From Octopus bimaculoides (taxonomy: Eukaryota), in the NCBI RefSeq assembly GCF_001194135.2, contig NC_068988.1, positions 46,265,421 through 46,329,420 on the forward strand: DNA of 64,000 nt, in the 5' to 3' direction. Numbering within the stretch: the stretch's first letter is position 1; each line of letters starts with the position of its first letter. A program made the translations under genes and the position numbers. This document shows, in pieces, positions 1 through 14,344 of this stretch. The notes beneath the pieces were generated by a model. The model was not told where the DNA came from, searched no databases, and saw nothing but the letters and a program-made list of their open reading frames with translations.

Positions 1-19
1 ATAAATCCAGTGGGGAGGG

Positions 20-113
20 GGGGGGTCAATTTCTTTGACTGACACACTTTAAGGCATTGCTTCAGCATGGCCACAGTCAAATGACTGAAACATGTAAAAG
101 AGTAAAAGAGTAA
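20..113 (+). mobile_element. 3' tail of tRNA-derived SINE (family A), truncated
   Basis: cagcatggccacagtcaaatgactgaaacatgtaaaagagtaaaagag matches the tail of the fuller copies at 3065-3487 and 21120-21520. Confidence 0.6.
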
Positions 114-427
114 GCACTGGGGATGATGTAATTGACTTTCCAATTCCTCCATGACCATCATCACTATCACCATTTAACATCCATCTCCCATGCTGACGAC
201 ATGGGTTGAATGGTTTGACAGGAGCTAGCAAGCCTGAGGACTGCACCAAGATCAACTATCTGGTTTGGCAACGTTTTAATGGCTGTTCTCCCTTCCTATT
301 GCAAACTACTACAAACCACTATAAGGGCTCAGAATTTCATGTACAGCAGTTATGAAACATGCTTGAAACTCTCCCACCTTGAGCTACTTTGGAATGTCTG
401 CTGATTAAAAACAAATGAAATATACAT

Positions 428-670
428 ACTCTTATTTACATTATTTACATTTGAAGGATATTTGTCCTCATCTTGTTTGTTGTTAACACATTTCAGCTGA
501 TATACCCTTCAGCCTTCATCAGGTGTCTTGGGGAAATTTCGAACCTGGGTTCTCATTCCTAAGGTATTTTTCGATGTTATTATCATTGTTATTATTATTA
601 TTATTATTATGAAATTGTACTCGGAATCTTGGGGTTAGTAGCCTGTGCTCTTAACCTCTAAGCCATATGC
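428..670 (-). mobile_element. tRNA-headed SINE with hammerhead-like body (family H); ribozyme cleavage site deleted
   Basis: Homologous to 36758-37025. The minus strand reads head, (TAA)n, then GACAC-CTGATGA-AGGCTG...CAGCT-GAAAT-GTGTT, which lacks the CGT of the intact motif. Confidence 0.8.
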
Positions 671-1744
671 TCATGTTTTAAGTTCTATCTATTCTGCTTG
701 TGCAATAAACATACATGTAGACGTGCACACACACCCACATGCACATACACAGGTAGGTAAACAAGTGAAAATTAGATAAGACTCAGTACATGTAGCTAAA
801 GATGTAAATATTTGATAATGGGTTAACTCAGCATCACTTTACCAATAAATTCATAGGAACGGATATGATTCTACACCTTCCGTTACATGGATACTGAAAA
901 TGAAGACGCATGTTTGCTCCAATGAAACTTTGAGCAAGGAGGTGCTGAGTTTACTTGTTATTACACATGTGGGTTTTTTTTTTTGTGTGTGTGTGTGTGT
1001 GTGAAGTGTGTCAGTATCTACATCTTGTTTACATTTGCATAAGTTTAAACTTTTTTTGTTGTTTTTATGTTGCATGCCATAACTTAGTGGGTAAACAAAA
1101 AGAGATCAGTAAAATAATAACAGAGTGAAATAAGAAACAGGCTGAATATGATTGTCTGAAATCCCTTGGAAGCAGAGCCTTAGTGCAACCAAAATCCAGT
1201 GACTGAAATCAATAAAAGGATATTTCTTTTATATATACACTATATAGAAATCATTGTGATTCATAGCTCCATAATCTAATGATATCTTTGCATTTTCAAA
1301 CAAAAGCAAACATGAAGTTTATAAAAAGAAAATACATTTGTTGCTATCGGGAGAAGTGAATGCTAATATTCTGGGTAGATTCATTCAGAGGAGAAGAAAA
1401 GGAAAATATGATTTTACAATGGACATAGAGATTTAGCTGAATAAGAATAATTATGTAATTGTAACATTTGCAGTGAACCAATTCTAAAATTTAGTTTCTA
1501 TTGTATGAATCACTGGAAGATTATTGTTTTTATGCAGTGAAGTTAACTTGGTGAAACCCATTATGTGCAAACGATTTTTACCTTGGTATTTAAGCTAAGC
1601 ATTGTAATCTTAGCAAATACTTCAACACTTCTTCAGGGCCAGGAAAAATTTTCTCCTGATAACAATTACTAACACTGAACAAAACTCAAGTGAGAGCCAC
1701 ATTGGAATACAGTTGCCACATAAAGCTTGGTGCTGAGGATATAA

Positions 1745-1875
1745 TACAGACATCAGACTGGAGCCTGGTGCAGCCTCCTGGCTTGCCAGTCTTCAGTCAA
1801 GCCGTCCAACCCATGCCAGCATGGAAAGTGGACGATGATGATGATGATGATGACGACGACGACATCGTAGACTGC
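1745..1875 (+). mobile_element. RTE-type 3' tail repeat (family R) ending in (GAT)n
   Basis: Reverse complement of the 8705-8897 and 53800-53960 sequence; ends catggaaagtggacgatgatgatg. Confidence 0.65.
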
Positions 1876-2307
1876 ATTTAAAAAATAGTTTTTCACCTGA
1901 TTGATAGGCATAAAGTTGTTTGCCAACACACTCCAACCTCAGGTGTACTTTCATGCTGTAATCTCATTTCCCACTCTTGTTTACCACTGCAGAGGCCTCT
2001 GTTCCTAAGAACTGGCAGTTCTCCTGCTATTTTTATTTTGACACTCGCAATTCAAATTTATTCTCATCACCCATTCTTTTTGTGGCACCATCCTTCACAA
2101 GCCTTGTTCTAACCAGTTTACTTAGTTTTTCCATCTTGAAACATCAACCCTCAGGACTTCTCATCCTGTTTTCATTTTCCCAGTAGCCATCATTTTGAAG
2201 GAACATCTGTGGCATTTCTCCAATCTAAAAACGACCTGTGATGGCTATTAGAACAATCCTGTTTTTTTTTCAAACCAAAGCATGTAAGTTTTAAAAATAT
2301 AAGAAGG

Positions 2308-2470
2308 CATTGCTGTGTGGTGAAGAAGCTTGCTTCCCAACCATGTAGTTTTAGGGTTCAGTCCCAGTGTATTACTTTTTCAGGTGTCTTCTACTACATA
2401 CTCATATTACTTAAAGCCTTTTAAGTGTATTTAGTAGATGGAAACTGAAAGAAGCTTGTGTATATATGTG
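2308..2470 (+). mobile_element. SINE family A, 5' part
   Basis: gctgtgtggtgaagaagcttgcttcccaaccatg...ggttcagtccca head, then gatggaaactgaaagaagc. Confidence 0.7.
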
Positions 2471-3064
2471 AATGTGTGTGTGTGCTCGTGTCTCTTTGTG
2501 CATTTCCAACTTTCCTTGATTAAATTGTGCAGTCATGGATAAACGTAATCTTGCTTGGAAACAAATGAGAGTTTGTGACAGGAAGGACATCCAACAATAG
2601 ATGATCTGCCCCTACAAGTCCAATCCGACCAATGCATGCATTGTAGAGTAGATGTTACAATGCTGCTGCTGATATTAGGGATGATGATTCCACTGAGGTT
2701 GATAATGTGAATGAATTTCATCAAATATATACTGTTTATTCCACTTAAAGCAGTTAACTGTATCAGTCCATGTTCATACGTATATAGAGATATTGTTTGA
2801 TTTGGATACTTAGCAGTTAAATGAGTTGATCCCCTCTGAGACACAGTAGTATAACATGATTGGAGACAAGCCATCAGAACTTTTTCCATTTTGCTGAAGA
2901 GGTTCGAGAGAGGAATGCATAATAATCTCATTCATTGACTAATATTTTTTCTAGATTCCATAATTATTTCTAGATGTTTTTCTTCAAATAATCCTTGAAT
3001 TAAATGTTAACACTAACTGAAATATGCAATTAATTTGATTAAGATTTCTTCAAGGTTAGCATAG

Positions 3065-3487
3065 ATGTGTGGTTCAGAAGCTTGCTCTGCAACCATGTGG
3101 TTTCAGGTTCAGTCCCACTGCATGATACCTTGAGCAAGTGTCTTCTACTATAGCCCTGGACCTACCAATGCATTGTGAGTGAATTTGGTTTATGGAAACT
3201 GTGTGGAAGCCAGTCTCACACACACACACACACACATGCAGATAAACATATATGTTTGTGTCTTTACATGTAAGTGTGTATCTATGTGCCTCCCGGCCCC
3301 ACTGCTTGGCAACCAGTGTCAGTTTACATCCTCATGACATAGCACTTTGGCAAAAGAAACCTATAGAATAAGTAGCAGATATAAAATAATAAGTATTGGG
3401 GTTAATTTGCTTGATTAAACCATTTAAAGCAGTGTTCCAGCATGACCACAGTTAAATGACTGGAACATGTGAAAGATGAAAGATAAA
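3065..3487 (+). mobile_element. SINE family A, near full length
   Basis: tRNA-like head, internal (CA)n, body, and tail ending gactggaacatgtgaaagatgaaaga. Confidence 0.75.
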
Positions 3488-4018
3488 AGGTATTCTAAGC
3501 CTTTAGTAATTGTAAGGCTGTGTGGTTAAGAAATTCATTTTGCTACTACATGGTTCTCGGTTCAATTTCACTGTATGGTATTTAGGGCAAATAATATCTT
3601 TTTACCATAAACTTAGGTTGACAAAAACTATGTGTGTGGAGTTTGGCTGACAGGGACAGTGTAGAAACCTGTTGTATAGATATGTAAGCATGTGTGTGTA
3701 TATGTTAACCTGTGCAAGTACACGTGTGTGTGTGTGTGTATGTGTGTGTGCTCTCAACAGCTGTATATTGTTTGAAGAACAAAGGGAGATGGTATGTCAC
3801 TGAGAAACAAGTGATATTTGATTAAAGGAAGAGTATCTGTTGTAGAATAACAGGCTCAATAACTTTCTTCTGACCCATGTCATCATGGAAAAGTAGACAT
3901 TAAAATGTTGAAAAAACATTGATGATATTGAATTTATTTATTTGCACTGAAGTATACTAGTATGAAACCTCATAAACTAGTGTTTTTGACTGAAAATTAC
4001 ATGTAATATTTGTTCTGT

Positions 4019-4110
4019 CTAAGTTTCCACACAATCCCTAATCCAAATTGCCATTCTAAGTGCATTGAACCAGTACTTATTCTGCTGAAAATATGTAACC
4101 AGAGGTACCA
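4019..4110 (-). CDS. Candidate terminal coding exon (xVPLVTYFQQNKYWFNALRMAIWIRDCVET*), gene unidentified
   Basis: Pyrimidine-rich acceptor ...ttttgcaaacag, open frame to TAG at 4021-4019, AATAAA on the minus strand at 3938-3933. A competing plus-strand exon (4024-4172) is also constructible, so this is unverified. Confidence 0.22.
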
Positions 4111-4737
4111 CTGTTTGCAAAATGTGATAGAAAACAAACAAATAAATAACCACATGTTCAAAGAAGAAAAGAGTATGTATCTGGTTAGTTTAGTTACCAT
4201 TTCTGTCTGTTTGTCTTTCATTCAGGTCACTAAAGGTGTTGGGAAAGGCATGGATACAACACAACTCCTGGCTACTTGTGTGGAGTCTAAAATCTAGTCT
4301 GGATGTAACACCATCTTGTTTCTCATTGTTTAAAGTGAGACCTTGCTATGTAAGAAATGGGAATCATTTAAAAGATACTTTTGTCAGTGAGTGACAGTGA
4401 AGCTATTCTGTATATTTCTTTTCCCCTCTAGTGGTGCAAATGTCTATCGAGTATAAAAGGTGATGGGGTTGGAATAATATTTTCATAGAAATCTATTAAA
4501 GAAGGACATGAATATTTCAAGCAATGCTCTTAACGTGCTTATCTTGCCTTCAAGCTGGTTAAATGAAGCTATTGGTGTGGTAAAGTAAGAGGGGTAGACA
4601 TATAGATAGATAAAGAGAGGAAAGCAGATGAGAGATATAAAGATAAGGGGAGAGTAATAGCTACTTTTGTGCGAGCACACACACACACGTACACACGCAG
4701 CCACCTACACACACACATGCACAAACACACAATTGCT

Positions 4738-4770
<33 letters not shown>

Positions 4771-5004
4771 NNNNNNNNNNNNNNNNNNNNNNNNNNNNNN
4801 NNNNNNNNNNNNNNNNNNNNNNNNNNNNNNNNNNNNNNNNNNNNNNNNNNNNNNNNNNNNNNNNNNNNNNNNNNNNNNNNNNNNNNNNNNNNNNNNNNNN
4901 NNNNNNNNNNNNNNNNNNNNNNNNNNNNNNNNNNNNNNNNNNNNNNNNNNNNNNNNNNNNNNNNNNNNNNNNNNNNNNNNNNNNNNNNNNNNNNNNNNNN
5001 NNNN
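4771..5004. other. Assembly gap flanked by (AT)n
   Basis: Run of N. Confidence 0.99.
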
Positions 5005-5649
5005 ATATATATATATACACACATATATATATATATATACACACATACACAAAATATAAATGATGTATATAAGTATATGCACACCACACATATATACATA
5101 GTCTTTTATGTCCTTTCAGAGGCTATTTATACATGCATGCTCTAGCGTGCATGCACACACACACACACACACACGTGCATTACTCTTCTTTTGTATTCAC
5201 CTAATCACAAAAGTTTTTCACTAGCCACGTAATTTCTTAACTGAATTTTAAGACGAAGTATTTGCTTCAACTGCTGGAAGGTATAATGTGTACTAGAAGA
5301 TATATGAACGTTGAATCCGGAACCATAACTAACTTATAAGAATCTAAATTTGCTACTAGCCAACCAGATAAGTTGGCAGTGAAAGGGGAAGAGATAAGTA
5401 GAAGAATTTCCACTAAACTTTATTCAAATCCATTCTGCTGGTCATTTTGAATGGTCAATTTAATCCTATGTCTTAGCTGGTATACCAATGTTTATAGTTA
5501 TAGCATTGCTATTGAAATGAAATAACTCTCCAGAAATTCCCCTACCTACACTTTTCAAAGCAAGTGGCACCAATACCATATTGTCAGATATTTTAGCAAA
5601 ATTTTTTGATTTATTTTCATATTTTTCATGGATACTAAATCATGTAAAA

Positions 5650-5835
5650 CCTGGCACTATGTCAGTTACGGTGACGAGTGTTCCAGTTCAACTGATCAAT
5701 GGAACAGCCTGCTTCTGAAATTAATGTGCAATGACTGAGCACTCCATAGATATGTGTAACCTTAACGTAGTTCTCAGGGAGATTCAGTATGACACAGAAT
5801 GAGACAAGACTGGCCCTTTGAAATGCAGGTACTTT
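5650..5835 (-). mobile_element. SINE family C, 3' fragment
   Basis: gttccagttcaactgatcaatggaacagcctgc...cttaacgtagttctc matches the full copy at 45630-45998. Confidence 0.7.
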
Positions 5836-6895
5836 GAACTCACAACATTATAACTGTGAGCTGAATACCATAACCACTAAGCTATGCTTCTCACTCTTAA
5901 TTATACACTTACCTATATACTTATACTATTTTATTAGAAGCACACACAAACACACACACACACATATGCAATCATATAGTAAGTACAGGCTTAGCTGTGT
6001 TGTTAGGAGATTCAATTTGCAATCATGTGACTTTGGGTGTTTGATTCCACTTTGTGGTACCACCATAAAGTGTTTCTACTATAACCTGAAATCGATCAAT
6101 GCTTTCTGAGTGAAAAATGGTCAAAGAAAACTGCACAGGAACATGTTGTATATGCATATAAATATGTGTGTATGCATGTGTGTGTGGGCAGGAGCATACA
6201 TGTGTGTATGCTTGTCTTTGTGAGTGTTAACATAGACACTGCTTGAGTAAATGAGATATTTCATGTCCTATACAAATGGTCAAGTAGCTCAATAGGTTTG
6301 AAATGCTAACACCTGTGATAATTAACTTACATGGAGAGCAAGAAAAGATCATTCAGAAGGGATTCTCACTATAGAAAATTATCTCAAGAAGTTTCAGTGC
6401 AAACCATAAAGTGGATGACTCACATATATATATATATATATATATACATACATACGTATGTATGCATGCATGTATGTATGTGTGTGTGTATGTAATTTTT
6501 CAGTCTTATTTCAAGATTTCTTGCGAATGGAGAAAGAGCCTGTTTCTAATCTAGAACCAAGGTTCCTTCATTGGAATTTCAACATCAAAAACAGGGTATT
6601 TTTGTTTGTATGTATACATGCAGTTTTGTATGTTTTGTTTCATATATGTCTTCTCTTATATATGCCTTCTCCACCTAAATGATAAACTTCTGGAAAATTT
6701 TACAGATTTTTACAGTTCTAAAGGCTTGGATCTGTAGTTTTTGAATTAGCTCTCATCTTTCTGGATTTGAGAACTAATTTTTCAAGATTGGTATTTAGGC
6801 AGTGTGCTACATATCCCAGTGATCCAATGATTACAGGTTTATGTATGTATGAATGTATATATGTATGTACGTATTTGTAAGTATGTATGTATATT

Positions 6896-6935
<40 letters not shown>

Positions 6936-7921
6936 NNNNNNNNNNNNNNNNNNNNNNNNNNNNNNNNNNNNNNNNNNNNNNNNNNNNNNNNNNNNNNNNN
7001 NNNNNNNNNNNNNNNNNNNNNNNNNNNNNNNNNNNNNNNNNNNNNNNNNNNNNNNNNNNNNNNNNNNNNNNNNNNNNNNNNNNNNNNNNNNNNNNNNNNN
7101 NNNNNNNNNNNNNNNNNNNNNNNNNNNNNNNNNNNNNNNNNNNNNNNNNNNNNNNNNNNNNNNNNNNNNNNNNNNNNNNNNNNNNNNNNNNNNNNNNNNN
7201 NNNNNNNNNNNNNNNNNNNNNNNNNNNNNNNNNNNNNNNNNNNNNNNNNNNNNNNNNNNNNNNNNNNNNNNNNNNNNNNNNNNNNNNNNNNNNNNNNNNN
7301 NNNNNNNNNNNNNNNNNNNNNNNNNNNNNNNNNNNNNNNNNNNNNNNNNNNNNNNNNNNNNNNNNNNNNNNNNNNNNNNNNNNNNNNNNNNNNNNNNNNN
7401 NNNNNNNNNNNNNNNNNNNNNNNNNNNNNNNNNNNNNNNNNNNNNNNNNNNNNNNNNNNNNNNNNNNNNNNNNNNNNNNNNNNNNNNNNNNNNNNNNNNN
7501 NNNNNNNNNNNNNNNNNNNNNNNNNNNNNNNNNNNNNNNNNNNNNNNNNNNNNNNNNNNNNNNNNNNNNNNNNNNNNNNNNNNNNNNNNNNNNNNNNNNN
7601 NNNNNNNNNNNNNNNNNNNNNNNNNNNNNNNNNNNNNNNNNNNNNNNNNNNNNNNNNNNNNNNNNNNNNNNNNNNNNNNNNNNNNNNNNNNNNNNNNNNN
7701 NNNNNNNNNNNNNNNNNNNNNNNNNNNNNNNNNNNNNNNNNNNNNNNNNNNNNNNNNNNNNNNNNNNNNNNNNNNNNNNNNNNNNNNNNNNNNNNNNNNN
7801 NNNNNNNNNNNNNNNNNNNNNNNNNNNNNNNNNNNNNNNNNNNNNNNNNNNNNNNNNNNNNNNNNNNNNNNNNNNNNNNNNNNNNNNNNNNNNNNNNNNN
7901 NNNNNNNNNNNNNNNNNNNNN
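6936..7921. other. Assembly gap flanked by (AT)n
   Basis: Run of N. Confidence 0.99.
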
Positions 7922-7962
<41 letters not shown>

Positions 7963-8109
7963 GAATAAACTGTTGTCTAAATTACGCAAAAATTAAAATA
8001 ACACTGACATCTTATTTTAACAGTCATATTTACCAAAATTACATAAAAATATCTTGAAATACTAAAGAGTAAATTTATTCAATAAAATCGTCATTGATTT
8101 TAACCACAG

Positions 8110-8600
8110 CCTCCAAACGACTTCAGAATCTCCTGAAACTCTTCTGGATGGTCTCCTTGTTTAAGTTGTTGAATGCTATCATAATCCTTGCCTTCAGTTC
8201 ATCTTTAGTGTTACAAGGAGTTTTGCTGGTCTTTCATAGAACTGCACCCAACACATGATAACCAAGGAGGTTGCAGTCTGGTTACACTCTTTTGTACATG
8301 CACACTGACATTACCCATCCAGTAAAGCATAATAGTTTCATTTCTTCCAAGCCTTTGCATGTTCTCTGTAGTCAAAGTCCATGTTTCACTGCCATGTAGC
8401 ATCGCTGTTCACACACTGACATCATACTATCTGCCTTTCACTCAAACGGATTGGCCTTTATTACCAACAAAGGAGTAGCTTTCTGAACTTTGCCCAGCCT
8501 GTTCTTATTGTAGCACTTTCAGAACTTCCTCCTCCATTACTAACTTGGCCACCTAGGTATCTATCAATCTATCTCCCTGGACATTTGAGGAAGTCTATTA
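8110..8600 (-). mobile_element. RTE-clade LINE RT C-terminal remnant
   Basis: ORF 8211-8402 MLHGSETWTLTTENMQRLGRNETIMLYWM matches the RTE LxGSETW...MLRW motif. Confidence 0.7.
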
Positions 8601-8704
8601 TTTGTAAATTCTTAGTGATTATTGTATTTGCACATCAGCCATCTACAAAATTACCTTTTCTATTAACCTTCTCATGATACTGCTGTGCCTCTTAAGTGTG
8701 TGTA

Positions 8705-8897
8705 TGTCATCATCATCATCATCATCATCATCGTTTAACGTCCGCTTTCCATGCTAGCATGGGTTGGACGATTTGACTGAGGACTGGTGAAACCGGATGG
8801 CAACACCAGGCTCCAGTCTGATTTGGCAGAGTTTCTACAGCTGGATGCCCTTCCTAATGCCAACCACTCAGAGAGTGTAGTGGGTGCTTTTACGTGT
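8705..8897 (-). mobile_element. RTE-type 3' tail repeat (family R), young copy
   Basis: Near-identical to 53800-53960; (CAT)n at the left end is the 3' tail. Confidence 0.8.
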
Positions 8898-9189
8898 GAT
8901 TATAGGTAGATAGATAGATAGATAGATAGATAGGGATATGTTGATATAGATATGTACATATACATTTATTCTTTTATTCTTTTACTTGTTTCAGTCATTT
9001 GACTGTAGCCATGCTGGAGCACCACCTTTAGTGAAACAAATCGAACTCAGAGCATTAGATCTGGAGAACTAGCCATCTATATCTGCATTGATTTGTAAAT
9101 GTGCACTTGTACTGGGCAATGGCATACTTATTGGTGAAAGCATATAAAATAATTTATTGTACACTGAAATGATTATTATTTAATGGGAT

Positions 9190-9790
9190 TGGTGTTTGAA
9201 GAATTAAGCTGGTTTGAATTCCAATACATGTGTGTAAGTAAATGAAAGAAGATCAAGAAAACCAGGCAGGATTAAATGCAATGATTCATTCAACTCCTTA
9301 AAGGGTATAAACACAACAAAATTGTTGAATTCGTCTTGAATGATACTGTCAGAAAATATACATATTGGTTACTCCTGCAGTTGGTACTTGATGATGTTTG
9401 CTTGAATAGAACAAGTAAACAAATAGATGACATGACTTCTGCTAGAGAACAAGAAAGGATGTCACACGTCAAGGCTACCTGAGGCTACCTATGAAATAAA
9501 CTCGTATCAGCTGAAATCCAAACTTGACTGTGCTTCCCACCACACGGGAGAGAAGTGGGAGCAAAGCTTTTTTTTTAAAGCTGATGGTAGGCCCCAGTGA
9601 ACAAATCTAATTTGCCCATGCTTGGCTGGTCTGTCATGTGATGGGATGAGAGCCCACATAAAGCTAGAAGGACTCAAGCATCACATGACTAGGTCAAGTG
9701 ACCACTTGCAGGAAACATAATGTATGAGCCGATATTTGGGCATTTAAGGGTAGACAGGCAATCTGTGGACATATACTTGCTACAATTACC
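9190..9790. repeat. Unclassified repeat, copy C
   Basis: Aligns by eye to 11505-12080 (caggattaaatgcaatgattcattc; gatactgtcagaaaata; catatactt.ctacaatta). Confidence 0.8.
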
Positions 9791-10789
9791 CTTGGACCAG
9801 TAAACTGATTGCAAATGAAAGGAACAAAAACGCACAAAAAAAAAAAACAATAAAAAACTCTGCAGCAAGAATGAAGAATATACAACAAATATGTACAAAA
9901 AAGGAATGCAATGGAAAAGGGGCAAAAAAGACATGAGCAAAAGGGTGTCAAATAAAAATTTACAATATCGACTGAGAATAACCAAAAGTTCATAGAACAT
10001 GGTTCAAAACAGTTCAGACAGTTGAAAATGCAAGTCTTTTAAAAGAAAAAAAAAGAAACACAAAACAATTCAAAATACTATGTAAGTACTATTTGGCTGA
10101 CCAATACCAGCCAGTATAAAACTGCTGTAGTGGTAAAAAGTCTAAAGAGAATGAGTCTAACCAGGTGAAAATGCATAAAATTTCTGATCTTGTTGATATT
10201 CCATGAAATGCTGCAAGTCAATGTAAAGCGATGTAGAATAATTCTTCTATAGGAGTTAATCACATTGGAAATGTCTTGTAACTTCACATGAGAAGAAGGA
10301 ACTGGAATGTGAGAAGAAGCTGAAGTACAGGTATACATAAAGTAAAACAAATTAAAAGGGTAAAGGATTATCAATTTATTAATTAATAAATCAATTAATA
10401 ATTAATAATTTTTTTTACCAAGCCCATCGGTATGAAAGCACTATTATTGGTGGAGAACTTATTCAAAAGTTCATATATTTATACATATAATTAAGGGATC
10501 AGCAAAATATTTGCTTCACCATGTAGCTGTAACAGTTGACCAAGTAGAGTATGTAGAGAAAATGAGAAAATGCTGTACGTGCTTAAACCATAAAAGCACA
10601 TTTACATTGGACATGACACTGGGGTCCTGTAGGTGAAAGCTGCTGCCTATAGACAAGGTGAAAACACATGAATAAGGCCATTCCAATGGTCAGAAAAGGT
10701 GTAAACAGTTACAAACTGCTCGTTTATAAGCTGAGACAAAAGAAAAAAATTCTTAACTGAAAAAAAGGAAATGGAGAAATGACCGCTAT

Positions 10790-12080
10790 GTCAAGCAACA
10801 CTGAAAATCAACAATGAGCTTGTGGAGGTGGAAGAAATAGTAAAAGATATAAGCTCGTATGAAAAATTGATCATGAGCAGCTGGACTTGCTGTAACTACT
10901 GTGAACAAAGTTGTTGAATGGCAGTAGAACAAAATTCCTATAGGGAAGTGGTTGAAATAAAATGGCGGTAAGTGATGAAAATCTCTGCTCCCATCACGGT
11001 GATGAGATGCTGGAATTCAAGATGGTGATGAAAAGAAACTGGACAAGCGTTCGTCAAATTCGAATTGGCTTGAATGGATGTGATACTCTGTGAAGATGAC
11101 TTGTGAAGATCTCGAGAGTGGCCATGACAGAATGTTGAGTTGAATGTGGATGTGGTGTTAAGGTACAGTAGAGAGATGTTTCCTCAAGATACTTCATAAG
11201 ATTTAAGCTCCTTATAATCTCTGACATCGGAGCTGAAAAAGAGTGATCAAAAAATGTGTGACTGAAAAAAATTGAAGTTCTCCAACTCTTCGGCCACTAG
11301 AAATGGGAGGCGGAGGGCTAATGCAGTCTTGCACCTCACCTTTAAAGATGCATTCTTTTGAAAAAATTTCTAAGTTTTAAATGTCAGAGATTAAAAATAC
11401 ACAAAAGAAAATTTTCAAAATTTATCTTCCACATAGAATGATAAACTGGAATTTATTTGTTGCTTGCAGCAGTAAATCACGATGGTCAATCACAAGTTTT
11501 AATGAGATTGTTGGTTGAATAATTAAGTTGGTTTGAGTTCCAATAAATGTGTGTATGTAGATAAAGGAAAATCAACAAAAGCAGGCAGGATTAAATGCAA
11601 TGATTCATTCGACCCATTAAAAAGCATTAACATGGCGAAATTGTTGAATACGTCTTGAATGATACTGTCAGAAAATACACATATTGGGTACTCCTGCAGT
11701 TGGTACTTGATGATGTTTGCTTGAATAAAACAAGTAAACAAATGCATGAGATGACTTCTGCTGGAGAATAGGAAAAGATTTAATGCTTCAAGGCTACCTG
11801 GGGCTACCTGCAAAATAAACTCCTCTTGACCCACCACACCGGAAAGAGTGGGAGCGAAGCCTCTATTTAATGCTGATGGTAGGCTTAGGCGAACAAACCT
11901 AATTTGCCAGCACTAGTCTGGTCTGTCATGTGATGTGATGAGAGCCCATGTAAAGCTAGAAGGACTCGACCATCACATGATCTGATCATGCGACCACTTT
12001 TAGAAAACATAGCATGCAAGCCAATATTTGGGTATTTAAGGGTAGACAGGTAATCTGTGAACATATACTTACTACAATTA
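10790..12080. repeat. Unclassified repeat, copy A (longest)
   Basis: Left part matches 14345-15280; right part matches 9190-9790. Confidence 0.8.
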
Positions 12081-12859
12081 TATGATGAAGACTCTGAAAT
12101 GCCCATAATCCTATGGGAATCAAGTGGTTAAATAAATGAACTCACTTCTCATACCTCCTCACATAAGCCAAACTTTCGAAGTCATTGTCAACAACATTAT
12201 TATATGAGAATAATAAATTTGTACCCTCCAAAAGTCAAGTGTAATGCATTAGATTAATGTAAAATTGATTTTATTATAACTGAACATTGAAGCAAACAGT
12301 AATTTACACACATACACACACACAAACACAAATAAATAGATAGATATATGGTGGCTATTTTGAAAGAGGACAAGTGTGTCATTCTCTTTGATTTTCTAGA
12401 ACATAGCTGCACCATAGATAGCAAACAGTAGATTGAGATACTCCAAAATATTACAGAAGCCATTTTGAAGAAGTCATGTCTACTTTTAAAATACTCTTCA
12501 TAGAACACTTACCCAGACATTTGTACTCACACACACACACACATATATCTATGGAAACAGCTTTGCAACTGTGTTGTAGCTTTCACTTCTTTGTATTAAG
12601 GAGTTTTAATATTTTTGTATATGTACAGCTTGTTTTTGAAAAGCAGTCATAAAATTCATGATAAATTCATCCCACCCCACCACCACCACCATCACCATCA
12701 TCATCATCATCATCGTAGTTGTCATCATCATTGTTGCTAGAACCTCATTGTTTCAACTTCAGGATGTGAAGTGTGCAACTGCTTCATTGTTCTGGAAGGC
12801 AGCTGTGATGATGCTTGGATGTTTGGTTTTCACCAGTTTTGTTTTTTTTGTATTTTAAT

Positions 12860-14050
12860 TGTTTGATTTAGATGTCATTAACCATAAGTATATTTCGTTT
12901 GCAATGTGTCTGTGCGTTCACATGTGTGTGTAATGTGTATTGCTCTGTGCGTTATATGTGTGTTTATTTTAGCACTGTGGTGTGCTATGAGTAATGCTTC
13001 TCTTGTTAATGGTCTGTTTTTGTGGGAAATTAAAGTATGGACATGTTATTCATTCCCCAACATCTTCCTGTCCTGTTCTGTTTTATGTCGTACACCATAG
13101 TGTGCTACAATTGGTCTGTGTTGTAGATACATGGTGAGCCAACATGAGCATGTTGTACATGTATGACTAATAGCACAGTAGGATTCAATAGGTTTCCACT
13201 TTCATGTTTTCAATCAAATTTATAAATTACATTGGTCATCTGTAGTTTGTTCTCAATGCTTGGGGTTTGTTGTTGATAAGGAAGGCTTTGATTTTAGTGT
13301 TTTCCTGTATATTATTGCTGTTATGTTTTTTACTTGGAGTGTTGCATTTTGTGTTCTGTTTTATGAGGTTTTTAATGATATTGTCATCTGTTCTATAGAC
13401 AATATGCATTTTATTGATATAGTACTATTTATATATTTGTGTGCTTTTAATATGTGTAATATTTGATGGTGCAATGTAATTCTTCTGTTGCTTCATCTAT
13501 TAGTCAGTTAGAATATTATTGTATATTTGTGTTTGTTTTATTTTGCGAATTACTTTATTTAGTGTTTTGTATGTGGATGAGAATCTATAGTCTCTTTTGA
13601 GAAGAGATATTATCACTGACATTTTGTAACTATGAGGACATTCACTGTCTCCATACAGATATATCATTTTGAACTTTAGTGTATACAGATGCAATAAGCC
13701 TATTCTTTTTATCTGGATTTTTATATCTGAAATTGGATTCATATCTTTATAATTTTTATTATTTTCGATGTCAACTTTTTGTATTGAGTTATTTTTCAAG
13801 TCTTTCTTCAACTTCTCACTGTCTTATGATATATACATCTCAACAAATATATCATCGACATTTCTAGTATACACCATATATTAAGTACCACTCATTTCTA
13901 TGTTATTACTAGTCTGAATGCTATAAACATTGGCCCAAAGCACAAACCCATATTTACTCTATCTCTTGTTTATAAATTGCTTTATGGAGAATGGAAAGGT
14001 ACTTTTACTGTACATATGACTAACAGCTTCTTCAGAAAGTTGATTGGTTT
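12860..14050 (-). mobile_element. Decayed Penelope-like element (RT C-terminus and downstream)
   Basis: ORF 13500-13811 YGDSECPHSYKMSVIISLLKRDYRFSSTY...IKQ resembles the PLE RT C-terminal block. Confidence 0.5.
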
Positions 14051-14291
14051 AGCAGATGGCTTATTTTAGGTTGTTTATATGTATTATCTGTCATGATTTT
14101 TGTTGAATAAATATATTTTACTTTCGTTTTGAATTGTTGCTTATGATGTCTAATATCACTTCACATTAAAAATATTAGCAATTAATTCAGTCTTAATTTG
14201 ATTCATAGCGTTATTGTACATGGTAAACATTGAACAAAGACAAGAGACTTGGCTATGATGGACATCAGAGGATCAATTACATTATAATTAT

Positions 14292-14325
14292 ATTGGGTCA
14301 TCCCATAAATAATGTGTTTTTTTTT
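14292..14325. mobile_element. Mariner-type terminal inverted repeat remnant
   Basis: tattgggtcatcccataaataatg; plausibly the 3' TIR of the mariner at 15290-16080. Confidence 0.4.
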
Positions 14326-14344
14326 TGGTTTTTTTTTTCAAAAT

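Noticed and set aside
12254-12508. ORF with faint mariner-like residues
   Set aside because: No diagnostic motif or TIR; too weak to list.
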